Part shown: in pieces, positions 1 through 13,875 of the stretch
How positions within the stretch are numbered: position 1 is the first letter of the stretch
Layout: each line of letters starts with the position of its first letter
Assembly: GCA_021613535.1 (NCBI GenBank)
Contig: CP075494.1
Span: 16,678,001-16,742,000, forward strand
DNA from: Adineta vaga
Lineage: Eukaryota > Animalia > Rotifera
Direction of reading: 5' to 3'
DNA length: 64,000 nucleotides
The notes under the pieces: model-generated
The model's database searches: none
Told to the model about the DNA's origin: nothing
Seen by the model: the letters and a program-made list of their open reading frames with translations, nothing else
Position numbers and translations under genes: made by a program

Positions 1-226
1 GGTTCTTTAATTGTTTCTAATTTAATAATTGAAATCAATGAATTGTAAAAGAGAAGAATAAAGAGTGAAAGAATTAATAGAAAAATAAATAATCGTGTTG
101 ATATTCGTTCATTTCGAAGATCATGTTCGTTGATTGAAGGTGGTATAGATTGAAATAAATTTAAATTTCTAGCAAATTCTATCGCTTTTAATAATAAATT
201 ATTTATACGTTGACAAATAATTGACA
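1..226 (-). CDS. Exon of a multi-pass membrane protein of an expanded bdelloid-type family (runs off the window start)
   Basis: Minus-strand frame reads ..SIICQRINNLLLKAIEFARNLNLFQSIPPSINEHDLRNERISTRLFIFLLILSLFILLFYNSLISIIKLETIKEP; TTTAG acceptor at 227-231; hydrophobic TM segment. Confidence 0.6.
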
Positions 227-581
227 CTAAATAAAAGATAAAACTCGATTATCATTATTCAAATGTATTTTATTGGATAAAATGATGTTTGATTCTTACT
301 CGAAAGTATACGATTAATAATATAAAATTGATAAGAATAATTTGAAATAAAATTTGTAAAAAGAAATATAATATAATTACAAAACAATAAACTCGTTTCC
401 TTCTTTAAAATAATATCACATATGAATTATAATGCATTAGAAATAATGAAATATGTTCGACAGATTGTGGAAGAATACTATTTCCCTACCTAATTATATT
501 TTAATATAGTTTTTAACAACAGAAATCAAAGTTTTTTTTATATAAGATTTTAATCATAAACGTATACAAAAACGATTAACA

Positions 582-2088
582 ATGAATCCCAGAATACAAG
601 TTTGTAATATAGAATTGTTTTATGAAAATAAAACTAATCGACGATTTTTATTCGATTATTTCAGCCAGAAGTATTGTCTGATCAATCAACAACAATGTAT
701 GTCAATTGTAGTTTTATTTAAAAATTATATAAAAACCATTAATTATTTTAGATTTGAATATTTTCGAAGAAGAAAATTGATGATGATTATCATTTTTAGT
801 ATTCTTATGATTTGGATCATATTAACTGTTATCATTGTAAAAAGCATTGTTACTAATAACAAGGAAAATATATCAACAACAACAAAATCAATGACAACAA
901 CATCATCATCAACAACAACAACAGAGACAACGACGATAGTAAGAAAAGGTATAACATAACAATCTTTTCAATAAGAAATAAACTTATGTCAAAAGAGAAC
1001 TTTTCTCGAAAGCTTTAAACAAAGTATATATGATAGATTTCATTTTACATTTCATATGTACTATTTTCCAATCTAATCCTATTCGAATATATCTTCTAGG
1101 ATGGTTTCGCAGTGGTGACATGGAAAATTCACGATCTCAACACACTGCATCTGTATTAAAAAGTGGAAAAGTATTGGTTTGTGGTGGAAGGACTATGGTC
1201 ACTGGTTTACGTCAATGTGAGTTATATGATCCGTCAACAGAATATTGGAATAGTACTACTGGTATGCAAATTCCACGATCAGGACATACAGCATCCGTCT
1301 TATTAGATGGACAAGTACTCATTGTTGGTGGTGATAAACTTTTCGGGTCTCAACCAAAATTTGCTGAATTATTCGATCCATCGACAGAAAATTGGACAAC
1401 TACTAGTGATATGGCAATTACACGAATTGGACATACTGCATCCGTATTACCAAATGGAAAAGTATTAGTCATTGGTGGAAACAATAAAGGTGCTTTGAAT
1501 ACTGCTGAATTATATGATCCATCAACAAAAAATTGGATAAGTATTAAGACAATGAGATATGCTCGATCTGGACACACTGCATCTGTATTATTAAATGGAA
1601 AAGTATTGGTCACAGGTGGATCTAACCTCATTAGTGCTGAATTATATGATTTATCAACAGGAACTTGGACAACTACTACAGATATGACATATCCTCGATC
1701 TGGACATACTGCATCGATGATATCAAACAGTAAAGTATTAGTCTCAGGTGGAATGCAACATCTTGATAATACTAATAGTGCTGAATTATATGATATATTA
1801 ACCAAAAGTTGGACAACAGTTGCTAATATGACATATGGCCGAACGCAACATACCGCATCCGTCTTAAATACTGGAAATATTTTGATTAGCGGCGGTAAAT
1901 ATGGTGAACATACATACAATACTGCTGAGATTTATGATTCATTAACAGACGAATGGAAACCAACTACTAGAATGCAAAATGCACGATATCTACATACTAC
2001 ATCAGTTTTATCGGATGGAAAAGTATTTCTTACAGGTGGAGATAACGGTATGCGTTTTCTCACTAGTACTGAGATATATTATCCATAA
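582..2088 (+). CDS. Type II membrane Kelch-repeat (galactose-oxidase-like beta-propeller) protein: TM anchor + Thr/Ser-rich stalk + ~7 Kelch repeats; spliced (exons ~582-599, 665-697, 752-949, 1100-2088)
   Basis: Repeats MxxxRxGHTASVLxNGKVLVxGG...AELYDPSTxxW; N-terminal IIIFSILMIWIILTVIIV and TTT stalk joined through AG|GTATAAC...TTCTAG|GATGG. Confidence 0.85.
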
Positions 2089-2626
2089 ACAAGAAAAATT
2101 ATATCAATATCGAATATATCATTGTCATCTATTATTTAATTCGATAACAATTCTATTCATCAACGATGGTGCATAATCAATAAAAAAATCTTTTCTATGC
2201 ACATTTGGAATAAATAATAACAATGAGATCGTTTCCTTTTTTTTTCAAAATCAGTTATCATTCATCAGAAATATCAAAACATTTTTATATTATTATAACA
2301 ATGAATATCACCTTTCTTTTTTTAAAGAACAGCAATGTTTTCTAAGAGAAAAACGATTTTTTTTTCACATAAAGTTTATTCACCTGTTTCCATACAAATG
2401 AAAGTCAATCTGTTAGTCAATAATGGTTATGGAGTCTTTTCATTGAATGTGAATCAATTGTACTTCCACAGAAATCATTTTATTCAAAACATTCATTGAT
2501 TATATGTAGTACAAATACAAGTCTCTCATTTCATATTTGTCTTATACAGTTAAAAATGATGAATTTAATTTGATTGAAAAAGTTACTTGTACTGATATTA
2601 TATATTAATTTACTTATCACATCAGC

Positions 2627-2696
2627 TGAGGGGTGAGGGTGTGGGTTATATTCTTCTCTGCACCCACACCCACACCCACACCCACACCCACCCTCA
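2627..2696. repeat. Inverted telomere-like repeat hairpin H1
   Basis: TGAGGGGTGAGGGTGTGGGT-~14 nt-ACCCACACCCACACCCACACCCACACCCACCCTCA. Confidence 0.9.
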
Positions 2697-3026
2697 ATCG
2701 TAGACGCATATATTTTGAAAGCTAACTAGAATATTTTAGTTGAATCTAGGTTTTTTATTGAATAGTATGTATAAAAATGAAAGAGAATTAGATCTCATAT
2801 AAATAATTGACAACTCAACTCCTGTACTAAAGCGACATCTATTATAACTAAACAAGATACACCAGAATTCTTCTCGTTCTTCAAGAAGCAAGCAGCACAA
2901 TGAGTCATTTATATTTAAGCTGGGAAAGTAGATTTTTCCCCATGATACAAACGTGTATGGTATCCTGTCATTTACATGTTAAATACACACTCGGAAGGTT
3001 GATTTTCACACCAAGTATCAGTGTTC

Positions 3027-4965
3027 ATGTCGAGCACTATCATTCCATATTTTCAAACATTACCAGTCGAACTACTTTGCCGCATCTTTGACGCAGTCTT
3101 GATGCGCAGACAATTGTATTCTCACTTGGACAAGTATGTCAACGACTTAGATCGGCTATCAGCAGTTACAATCAATATAGTCTCAACTTTAAATCAATCT
3201 CGCAATCAAATTTCTATTTTTTTTGTCAAACGATGGATCCTAAAAGAGTCGTTTCACTTACACTAGCTGATGATGATCGAACACCGGGTCAAGTCGATTT
3301 GTTTCTTTCACTCGTTCAGATCCAGCAGTTCGCTCGACTTCGCTCGCTTACTCTTATACAAATCGACGAGTGTCATGTAGATATCATTTTGAAGCGTATT
3401 CACGTTTGTCTACTCAAATATCTCTCACTCAGTATTAAAGAATATGAAAATAGACATAGAAAAACAACTGTAGATCGTCTCTCAATCGTTATCGCTCAAT
3501 CTCAGCTTCGGAGGCTCGATTTGGCTATTAGAAAAGATCGAGTATCTGACATGGTATGGCCTATCAATTGCACAATTCGACATCTCATAATCAGTGGAAT
3601 TATGGACTTTGTTTATATGTGTACTATATTTCGGCACTCCCCTCATCTTCAAACACTTGTGACTAGAGATTGCTTCAGAGGCATTCGTAATGATATTGTC
3701 TCAATGTCTTCTGCCGTTTCACTCCTGAAGTTAACCTCACTCACCATTGAAGAATCAGATATTACTTTTCATCAACTCGAATCGTTTCTTTCATTTACTC
3801 CTTTACTAGAATATCTCAAAAGAATTGGCGGAAAAAACTTAGTTGAGGGAAAGCAGTGGGAAGAATTCATCTGCAAAAATCTGCAATTATTGGGTAGGTT
3901 CGAATTTTTTTATAGCATACAAAAACGGCATAATCAAAACGCTGAAGATCTCCAGTTGATAATTGCACCATTTCGATCACCTTTTTGGATCAAAAACAAA
4001 AATTGGTTTGTCACTTGTGAATATAATACTCATTGTTCTTCTTTAATCTACCTCTATACGATACCGAACTGTCAATCAACCTTACAATATGAATCATATC
4101 TACATAGAGTGTCTCTTTCCACTTCCTCTGAAACAACAGAAAGTAATTCGACAATAATGAACAATGTGGAAACGATTCACTTATCGATGAAAAATAATTT
4201 GGCTGCTGACATTGAACAAAAAGTAAGCGATCAAATGAGCATTCATATTGTAACCTCCAAATATAAGAGAAATATTGAATTAGATCCATACAGTCAGTAT
4301 TAGCATCGAAACGATTCCGACTGTTAAAGTTTACCTTTGAACACTTGCAAATGATTTTCAACGATGACAGCTTCATACTTTTTATCTTTCCTTATTTTTA
4401 GAGAGCAACAACTGTATGTCCTTTGTTTCGTAAAACGACGGAACTTCGTCTTGATCTGCTCAAGAACTGGTCGCTATTTCGACTGTGTTATATTTCTATT
4501 CTTATCGATTTTTCACAGCTTACAAAAATCGTACTCACAAGCCACTATTTTCACGAATGCAATGTCTACACACTAATGGATATAGCTAATTTTATTTGAT
4601 TAGCATACAATCTTTCGTCACTGTTCATTTGTCATAACTTGTCGCCAAATAAGTTTCCTTTATCTATAGAAACTATTTGCTCGCTGATTCCACGTCAAGT
4701 GAAACATGCGCAAATACCAGTGAGACACTTAAACGAGATAAAAACAATTCTAGAAAATTGTGGTCACTTGTCAAGTATTCAATTAAACATAACGCATTCA
4801 AGATTTTCTGACAAAATCGTACAGTGGCTTGCAGAGAATACGATTAATTCAAAATATCGACGTGGTCACAGAGTTCTCAGCATATGGTTGGGAAGGAAAA
4901 TGTATCACTCAGATGAATTCAGCGTCGATCATAAACGCATCAAACTAAATCAAGACTACGAATGA
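3027..4965 (+). pseudogene. F-box / LRR-like protein, disrupted (frameshift ~3092, in-frame TGA ~4597); intron 4223-4401
   Basis: F-box-like start FQTLPVELLCRIFD continues in another frame as LDAQTIVFSLGQVCQRL; LRR-like LRSLTL/LTSLTI motifs; GTAAGC donor. Confidence 0.75.
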
Positions 4966-5303
4966 ATTGATAAGAAATTTTTCCTTCTCGAGTTAGTTAA
5001 ATCTTCTTAAGTATGACGATGATGATACGATATCATTTTTTACTTTTGGAATTACAAAATAAAACGATAAAATTCCAGTTTATTAAAAAGAAAATCTTAA
5101 CACTTGAAGTCCGCAACAGTGATTTTGTCAGCTTGTGATGCTTTGATTATCCACCTCGGTTTGATGATGTGAATTCATCAATGATTCCTTTGAGACCTAT
5201 TTTGACATTGAAAGTAAGCATACCATTTCCACTTTCATGTATTAAATCGTGTTTTAAAAATGCCTGTGCATGAATTGCCGCAAATATTCATCGGTGTGCC
5301 ATC

Positions 5304-5363
5304 TTGAGGGTGAGGGTGTGGGTGTTGGATAGATGTAATGCTCACACGCACACTCACACACTT
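5304..5363. repeat. Inverted telomere-like repeat hairpin H2
   Basis: TTGAGGGTGAGGGTGTGGGTGT-15 nt-CTCACACGCACACTCACACAC. Confidence 0.8.
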
Positions 5364-5974
5364 GATTATGATTCAATTTAACATTATTGACATTGAATGA
5401 AAATTAATTGAAATCAGAATTGCGCAAATACAAATATAGCTTTTACTGGATCATAATAACCAGGAAAAACCAGAATAAAATCTGTCCTCATATTTGTGCA
5501 GTACTCAAAAAGTGTGAGTGAAAATAAAATCGACACATAATATCCATATCTTTATACTCATGAAAAGTTTGATTTAACCTTCTAACAGTAATGCCTGTTG
5601 AACAAATGCAAGAATAAAAATAAAAAAAGAACGTTTTTTTCTTATCAAAACAGTTATCTTTTTTCTCGATTTAATTTAACTGCTGGTATTATGTGGTGTT
5701 TGTTATAAATCTGTCTTGTTGATTAAATAATTTCTATATAATGTTGATAAAATCGATGGGATAATTAGTGATCGATCTTTTTAGGACTTATTTTTGTTTA
5801 CATACGATAAGAATAGTATTTGAAAAGGACTAAAATTCTATAGAAGATAAGAAAATAATACACATTTCAGCTGTCTTCTTTTGAATAGAAATTTTATCTT
5901 AAGTCATAATGAATATCGAATTAGAAGCAAAATATGACGCTGCCATTATATTAAAATATTATCTAATGCGATCA

Positions 5975-6037
5975 TGAAGGGTGTGGGTGTGTGTGCGTGT
6001 GCGTGTGAATGAGTTAATAAAGATCACCCACAGCCAC
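5975..6037. repeat. Inverted telomere-like repeat hairpin H3 (degenerate)
   Basis: TGAAGGGTGTGGGTGTGTGTGCGTGTGCGTGTG-spacer-CACCCACAGCCAC. Confidence 0.65.
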
Positions 6038-6776
6038 GTATAGACGGTACTAGTAAATTTTCTTCGACCATCACACCAAAACTTGAGATCTAAAAAAATT
6101 CGTTTATTTTTGAGAGTGTAGGTAGTGGTATTATTGAAACAACCGATGTAGATGAAAGTGATTTGTGAATTCCACTGTATGCTGAAACATAGACACTGTA
6201 CAAAGCGCATCTACTTACATTAACGTCCTCATAAAATATAGATGATAATCTGTCTTGAAAAAATTCCTTTATTAAGCATTGTAATCGTTGCAGTGTAACA
6301 CACTTTTACTAGACAGAAAAAGAAAATTAAAAAATTGCGAGATTGTTGCTGTTTTTCATCAACATGTGTGCAATTCTCTTTTCTTTTTCTTTTTTCGTTC
6401 TTAACAGAATATTTTCTGCAATAACATTCCTTATTGTTTGATTACTACATTGGATTTTCAATCACACTTAAAAGTAAACATTATCGTTCTTCACTTCCTT
6501 TTCGTTACTTTTTGATGATTATAGGCAAAAGAAATATATTTCTCTCTACACATGTGCAAAATACTTATTTACATAATAAAATCATTCAACCGTATCTACT
6601 TACTTGTGTTTTTTTCCAACATAACATCGTTTTAACGTCAATGATAACTATAAATCCGATCTCTGGATTATGAAGTGTACAAATTGTATTGACCTTCTCA
6701 TCTTTCAAACCGTTAAATATTTTTCTAACCAATTAATATATTCTTTTATTATAGAACAGTTCCAAGAAAGTAAACA

Positions 6777-7340
6777 ATGCAGAAACAACACTTACATCGT
6801 ATTGATAGTGCTATTCCTATAGTGAATTATCGAGATAGAAGAGTACCATCTTCATTAGAGTATAATATTGTTCAAATAGTTGATAATTTTATTCGAATAC
6901 GATCATTTTCATCAAGAGATTTAATAGAAATACTTGATTTCTTAAATCAAATTGATGACAAACAACTTCTTATTGATGCTCAATTATTTGAACATAAAGT
7001 TTATTCAATATTTATCATTATGGTAAAAGATTTATTAAACAAATTACACATGTTTGAATCATCTAATTTATCTTCTTCTTCCTCTACCAAACTCATCTGT
7101 AAAACAAATTATTCTTCAATAGAATTATTGAGACAGTGTTTAGAGAACTTAAATGAAATGAAAGGTTTCTCTAGCTTGGCAAAATTTCACATACAAGATA
7201 AACAGATTATGAATACGATCAAGAATTGTCTTTATTCGAATATGTTTCAACGAACTGAAAAAGTGGAGAGACGTTTATTATTCAAATGGCCAAGATATTT
7301 TCAAGATTATCAAGATAAGACAATACAGTGTTACACATAA
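6777..7340 (+). CDS. Hypothetical protein or gene fragment (187 aa, helical)
   Basis: Long ORF for this AT content, preceded by a TATAG acceptor; no recognisable domain. Confidence 0.4.
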   Translation: MQKQHLHRIDSAIPIVNYRDRRVPSSLEYNIVQIVDNFIRIRSFSSRDLIEILDFLNQIDDKQLLIDAQLFEHKVYSIFIIMVKDLLNKLHMFESSNLSSSSSTKLICKTNYSSIELLRQCLENLNEMKGFSSLAKFHIQDKQIMNTIKNCLYSNMFQRTEKVERRLLFKWPRYFQDYQDKTIQCYT

Positions 7341-8105
7341 TATTTCAGTCGAGGGTGAAGCGAGTCATATGCGACGAGCATTATTTATTATCATATTACA
7401 GAAAAAACCGTTTTATTTTGCTTAACTTCTTGAGTTCCGAATTATGTTTTACTGAGATAAATCCAAGTAAATCATAAACGTGCCTTATAGTAACTATAAA
7501 ATATGCTAACCGTTTACTGTGGTTAGTTTCAATGAAACTGTTGAACGTGAATAGATATATTGACAGTTGCTTTTATTTACTACAAAGTAAAACTTTCATA
7601 GAATATCTGCTGAACAATTCTTTTCCCGTTTTACACAAAGAAAGATAGAAAAAATTGTATTTTACGCTGATAAACACCACAGAATATATTATGTAATAAT
7701 ATTTAGATCTTTCTAGAAGATCCATTTTGTTCATTTATAAATATGAAATAATAGAAAATATTTTCCGTTTATGTATATTGAAGTAGCATATTCAAGATCT
7801 TTCTTAATACAACCGTGTTTTTATTTACACATAGTTCATGTAGTTTCTAGAGCATCCCATAAAACTTCATTCGAAGAAAGCACATTTCAGTTTTTTTCTA
7901 TAAAGTATGCGATAATATTCGGTTATAAAGTATATGTAGCAAAAATGCTACTATGGAACTCAAAAGATTAAGAAAAACCTCGGATGACAAAGTTTTGACA
8001 CAGAAAATTTGTTCATTTCGAAAAAAATCACTTTTCAAAAGATAATTTATCATTGTTCTGTATTTTTTATTGAAATCAATACAAACAAGGAGTTTTTCAT
8101 ATAAA

Positions 8106-8336
8106 TTAATGACGATGATATGGATTTCGTGCAAAATTTCCATTAAATGCATTTGGATGATTGTTTCTATTATTGGATGGAAATGTCATTCCATGTGTTG
8201 ATTGAATTTGATTCACAGAATTATGTGCACCATGTCGAGGTTGTTGATTTTTTCTATTACGATAGTTTTGCATTTCTGCAAGAATATCATACAATCGAGC
8301 AGTAGTGATGGCTTCTGCTGCAGTATGTGTGCTCAT
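8106..8336 (-). CDS. Small hydrophilic Asn/His-rich hypothetical protein (76 aa)
   Basis: ATG in AAAATG context; composition unlike the surrounding non-coding DNA. Confidence 0.35.
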   Translation of the reverse strand: MSTHTAAEAITTARLYDILAEMQNYRNRKNQQPRHGAHNSVNQIQSTHGMTFPSNNRNNHPNAFNGNFARNPYHRH

Positions 8337-9528
8337 TTTGTGAGTGATTGAGGAGGAATGAATGAAATATATCTTGTTGAAAATAACCTAACTTATGAAA
8401 AGCAATGAACCATAACAGAGAGAATATAAAATGTGTATGTTTTCGTGATTTTCATACTGAATATGTATCGATAAAGGAAGTAGCCATAATTGAAAAAAAG
8501 ATACTAAACATTAATTTACAAGACCGATGAAAAACAAATGTTTTTTTACTCGTTCCTGCTTAGATTCGTGAAATTTTAATTAACAAAAAAATAATTTCTT
8601 CGTTCTGTGATTTGTGTCATAGAAGAAAACAGATATCATAGGTATAGTTACCTGTGTTTGAAAGAAAAGAAATTTTTTTAAAATTAAATCACTAAAATAC
8701 ATTTCGAATTCCTATTATGTATTAATGTAACTTATAACACGACATTTGAAAAACTAGAAAAATCATTCTTTCACTTTTCTATCAATATTAACTGAAGATT
8801 TCCGGCATATCTGTCGCACCTATCTTCGATCTATGATTATACATAAGTCGAATCATTGTATCTATTTCTCTTATTCAATTCTTTTCATATCGAACAATTT
8901 AGTGATATTGAATTATAAACAGAAGAAAATATTGAATCTATTAATCAAACATACAAATCCAGTTTGTATTATTTATTGTATATTTTCTTCATTATTTGCA
9001 AATTATAATTAATCATAAACACGATGTGAAAATGTGACTCAATAGCCATTTTGTAGAGCTTAAAAAGTTGCATCGAATGAACCGGATAGATTGCCCTCAA
9101 AGGCAAACTCTAACAGAAATAAAATCTATTTAGTTCTAGTACATAACAAGTACTCGTCCGAGCTCTGATTCTTTCAGAGTAGTCTGTTTGTTTTTCCAAG
9201 TTTCTGAAATTTATTTTAGAGGAAATCTCGTCAATACTGCTGTTTAATACACACTATAACATTAGTGACATCTATTCAATATCTTTAAAAAGTTATTCTT
9301 TTGTTCTAAAATACAAATATTTTCGAAATTTTGTTAATTTGACAAGAAAATTAATCAATCCATTTTATTCCATTGGATTTGTTTGATTTTATATCATGAA
9401 CTCTGTTACAGTCGGTGATTTTTCCAACATAATCGTAATATTTTTGTTTACCTTGACTAATGTTTGCTTCGAATATTCAAATGCATCGACAGATATATCA
9501 TTCTTTTACCAGCTTCAATTCAAAACAA

Positions 9529-11595
9529 ATGGCCATGGCAAACAACACAACACAATGTTTCCAATGTTTGAAATATAAAAAAATTACAATTCTTTGTAAA
9601 GGATGTTCAAAAGAATTCTGTCAAATCGACTGGAATGAACATCATGAGATGTTAAATGAAGAATTAAATGTTGTTATCAATGGTTATGATCAATTTAGAG
9701 ATAAGATAAACGATCAAAAACAAAACCCATTTAGTCACTCATTAATGAAACGAATTAATGAATGGGAAAGAAATTCAATTCGAACAATTGAACAAACGGC
9801 TGAAAAATGTCGACTAAATGTTATTGAATATTCGAGAACACATTTAAAAGGGATCGAACAAAAGCTAAGGGAATTAAGTGAACAAATCAAAGAAATTCAA
9901 CGAGAAAATGAATTTAATGAAATTGATTTGAAAGATTTAAGAGGAAAATTAAACCAAATGAATGAAGAACTGAATAATCCATCAAATATTTCAATCCGAG
10001 AACATCGTCAAGGATTTATTAATGAAATTTCAATTATTTCAAGAAAGAGTAAGTTCAAAGCTTTCAATTCTTATTCTATTGAAACGAAAAATTGATTTGA
10101 AATTCATGTCTAAACATTTAAATTTTCTTATTAAAAACAAAAAGACAAATCAAAATAATATAAAATGAAATTCAATGTAATTTTATGTTCTTCATTCGAA
10201 TGATTAAGGGAAACCTTGATATTTCGTGATCATAGTGAACAAATAAATGAAAAACGTCGTCTGTAAAAAGATTAACTTAGTCTTTATTATTTACTAATCT
10301 TTTAACATTATTGTCTTTATCTTTTTAATCGAGATAGATCTTTGATTTCTTTTCATAATTTCATTTCTTAAATAATCAAATGTCTTTTCTTCTTTATTTT
10401 ATTTTATCATCTTCACAATCATAAACATTTCATTTATGATCTTTAGTTCAAATAGACATGTATAAGATAATGAAGAGAATTAAGTAAAAGAGAGAAACAA
10501 AACATGTCAATATACATTTATATATTTACATTCTTATGTAAATCTTTTATAGAACACTAAATGAACAAACAAAAGATTGGAAAGTTATTTAAATTTCGAA
10601 GTATTTTTCGTTTATCAAATTAAACTGATCAACTCCAAAACCTTTTTTCTTTTCGTTGTTCAGAAACGAAATTGCAACAAAATGGAACAATTGTTGCGGG
10701 AAGAAATGGAAAAGGAAGTCAATTAAATCAACTCTCTAGTCCTCAAGGAATCTTTGTTGATGAAAACAAAAACATTTTCATTGCTGATTGTTCGAATAAT
10801 CGTATTGTTGAATGGAAATGTGATGAAAAACAAGGACAAATCATTGCAGGTGGAAATGGACATGGAAATAGAATAGATCAATTGAATTCTCCAACAGATG
10901 TGATTGTTGATCAACAAAATCATTCAATCATCATTGCTGATTATGGGAACAGACGAGTGATGCGATGGTCAAGAGATCAAAAACAACAAATTCTCATTCA
11001 AAATATTTGTTGTTTTGGTTTAACAATGGATCAACATGGATTTCTTTATGTTTCTGATTGTGAGAAGAATGAAGTGAGAAAATGGAAGTTAGAAAAGATT
11101 AATGAAAACAAAGAAGGAACATTAGTGGCAGGTGGAAATGGAAAAGGAAATCAAAGAAATCAATTCAACTTTCCTACTTTCATCTTTGTTGATAAAGATC
11201 AATATCTTTATGTTTCAGATTGGAAGAATCATCGTGTGATGAAATGGAGAAAAGATGCGAATAAAGGAATTGTTGTGGCTGGAGGAAATGGTAAAGGAAA
11301 CAATCTCAATCAATTTTATAAACCTAATGGATTGTTTGTTGATGAATTGAATCAAATCTATGTGGCAGATTGGGATAATCATCGAATAATGCGATGGTGT
11401 GAAGGAGATGAAGAAGGAGAGATTGTTGTTGGTGGAAATGGTGAAGAAAGTGAATCAAATCAATTGAGTCATCCTTGTGATTTATCATTCGATTTTGAAG
11501 GAAATCTTTATGTTTCAGATTGGGAAAATCATCGAATCGTTCGATTTGATAAAATTCATCGAAATGAACTTTGCATTTCAAACGAAAAGATTTGA
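9529..11595 (+). CDS. B-box-like Zn finger + coiled coil + NHL-repeat protein (exons 9529-10048, 10664-11595)
   Basis: CFQC..CKGCSKEFCQIDWNEH, coiled coil, then NHL repeats (VAGGNGxGxxxNQLxxPxGxFVD...YVSDWxNHRV); phase-1 intron A|GTAAGT...TTCAG|AA restores frame. Confidence 0.88.
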
Positions 11596-12745
11596 TTTTG
11601 ACTTTGCAAAAGAAAAAAATTTTTATTCGAAATCAAATTGAGAAAATCTTTTAAAGATTGTGTTATTATGGTATCTTTTTTTGTGCCATTTGAGATTAAA
11701 TATTCATGAATATGTGATATTATAAACGAAGATTTAAACATAATTTACAATGTTCTTTTGTAACATATTCATAATTTTTTGAGTATAAATAACATTGTAT
11801 TGAAGATTGAATTGTCTAAATGATAAATAATATTCCCTCGACTAAAAGGAGCGTCATATGAAAAAAAGGTTTGTGTATATGTATGTGTGTGTCAGGGTCG
11901 AAGGTCAAAAAAACATTTTTTTCGAAATTGCCTAATAAAAAGTCAAAAGAATTTGATACGCGATGGATTCTAACGCCAAACAAACAAGTTTCTAAAATTC
12001 TAGAATTACTCACATTTGTTTCTTTGACCTTGAATTTCGGATCGACCATGTTTCTTCGTTCAAGAAATCCAACTAATTAAGGATTTTCCGATACTCGTTT
12101 GTGGACCGATATAAGGTTTTATCAGGCTAGATATTGAGTCAATTGAAAATTCTATAATCGTTTGGGTAAACGACACTATTTAATCAGAGTGTCTAGTTCG
12201 ATTGATGAGTAAACTTGGAAAAACCATGAAAGTGAATGAGATTGATAGCAGGCAAAAAAACAGCCGTATAATACATAAGTGGATGTGTACAGGGGAGCGA
12301 CTAGCTGCTTAGCTGTATCAATGAGAATTTACCATCTTTAAGACTAATTAGAAACTTTTCCGAATGATTAAGGTTAGCTCGATCTGTTCATCATGATCGA
12401 TTGTTGCTTTGACTGTGGTATGGGTCATACATAAAAAAAGTTTGCATATGAGTTTGAGAATGCTGATATTGGTCAAGAGAATATCGTTTAGGACTAGACA
12501 TAGCTAAAAAAACACTTGGTTATGGTACTCCCAAGAGATTCTAAAGGGCTATATTATGGAGGTACTCATAGCTTCTGAAAGAAGCAATTTCAATAAGCTT
12601 ATATGGCTGTAAGATCTATAAAAGATATAAGACTACAAGACTGAAGACTACAGAAGCTATACAAATATTTGAGACGTTAAAGTGTGAAGCCATAGTTTAT
12701 TTATAGGCATGTATATATTAATGTCTATAATCTGTTAAAATCGAT

Positions 12746-13111
12746 TATCTGTAAAAAAAAAGTAATGAGTTCGAATCGATGTGAATGAAAATAATTGATT
12801 TTAATGGATTGTTTTTTGAAAAATCAATTAAAATTATTGAAAACGAAAAAAATCCTAATCGATTTTAAATTCACTTTAGAAAATCTGTGTTTTCTTGCGT
12901 TTTCAACTATCTACCAGATTTCTCGACCAATAATATCGTTCAATATTCATATCCACGCATAAAGAAATATTGATGGTCTTAATTGAAGTCAATTTTCTTT
13001 TGAAGAAACTCCGATTCAAATTGATTTTTCACAAATAATGGATTTTAATCGATTTTTCATCATGAAAAAATCAGTTAAAATCAGATTTTTTACCATTTCT
13101 TTTTACATGGG
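12746..13111. mobile_element. Degenerate non-autonomous CMC/CACTA-type element
   Basis: Right end TTTTTACATGGG is identical to the terminus of the 39621-46440 element; left end is degenerate; AATCGATT/TTAAAA subterminal motifs. Confidence 0.4.
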
Positions 13112-13875
13112 TAATAGTTTGAAACGAAATCTTATCAATTCTATACATTTGCAGGATTATTTGTTGATTTAGAAAAATCATTGAATTTAAATAATAGAAC
13201 AATTACGAATAAATAAAACTTGAAAACAAAATAAATTTATCTGTATATGATATGTTTCTTTAAATAACGACGAGATCTTATCCATTTCCAATATCTATAT
13301 TAAATGTGAATACGATCGTTCTTTATATATTAACAATATAAAACTAAAACGAAAATATTATAATGAATAATAAATAGAATTATGTTTTATAATAATGTCA
13401 ATGTGTTAGTTGATTTATTCTTTTCTTTTAGTCACTATCTATTGATGACATATAAGTAATTATTATACATATATTTAAAACAGATTATGAAGAATAATTG
13501 AAACAATGAAATTTTTCATTTGTATTTATATAGAAATGAATAAAGTTATTCATTCATTTTATCGAATTAATTTTTTATTAATATTTTAACATTTATTACT
13601 CAATCAGATAAATTTATTGTACTGAAATATTTTTTTTTCAAAAGTCATAATTATTTCGTTGTAATTACTGAGAAAAAATATGAAAATATCAGGTAAGTCA
13701 CACCTTATTTTATGAGTTCTCTTACACTTTTTTCTCCTTATCATTTCCTGATTGAAATCAAGTTGGAAATTTCTCAATTCATGTCGCAAATAAATAATTC
13801 AAGTGATATATATAAAGGATGCAAATTTCGAAGGTAAACTAGAATTTGATCTTCTATTTTTTAGAAACTAAAACG

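Noticed and set aside
1350-1919. 189-aa minus-strand ORF
   Set aside because: Antisense shadow of the repetitive Kelch coding sequence
5959-6210. 83-aa ORF ending in TRTRTHTHT
   Set aside because: Translation of the telomere-like repeat H3; the same applies to 37584-37904
11893-12050. Possible MITE (CAGGGTCG...CGACCATG)
   Set aside because: Inverted match is short and imperfect, with no clear TSD
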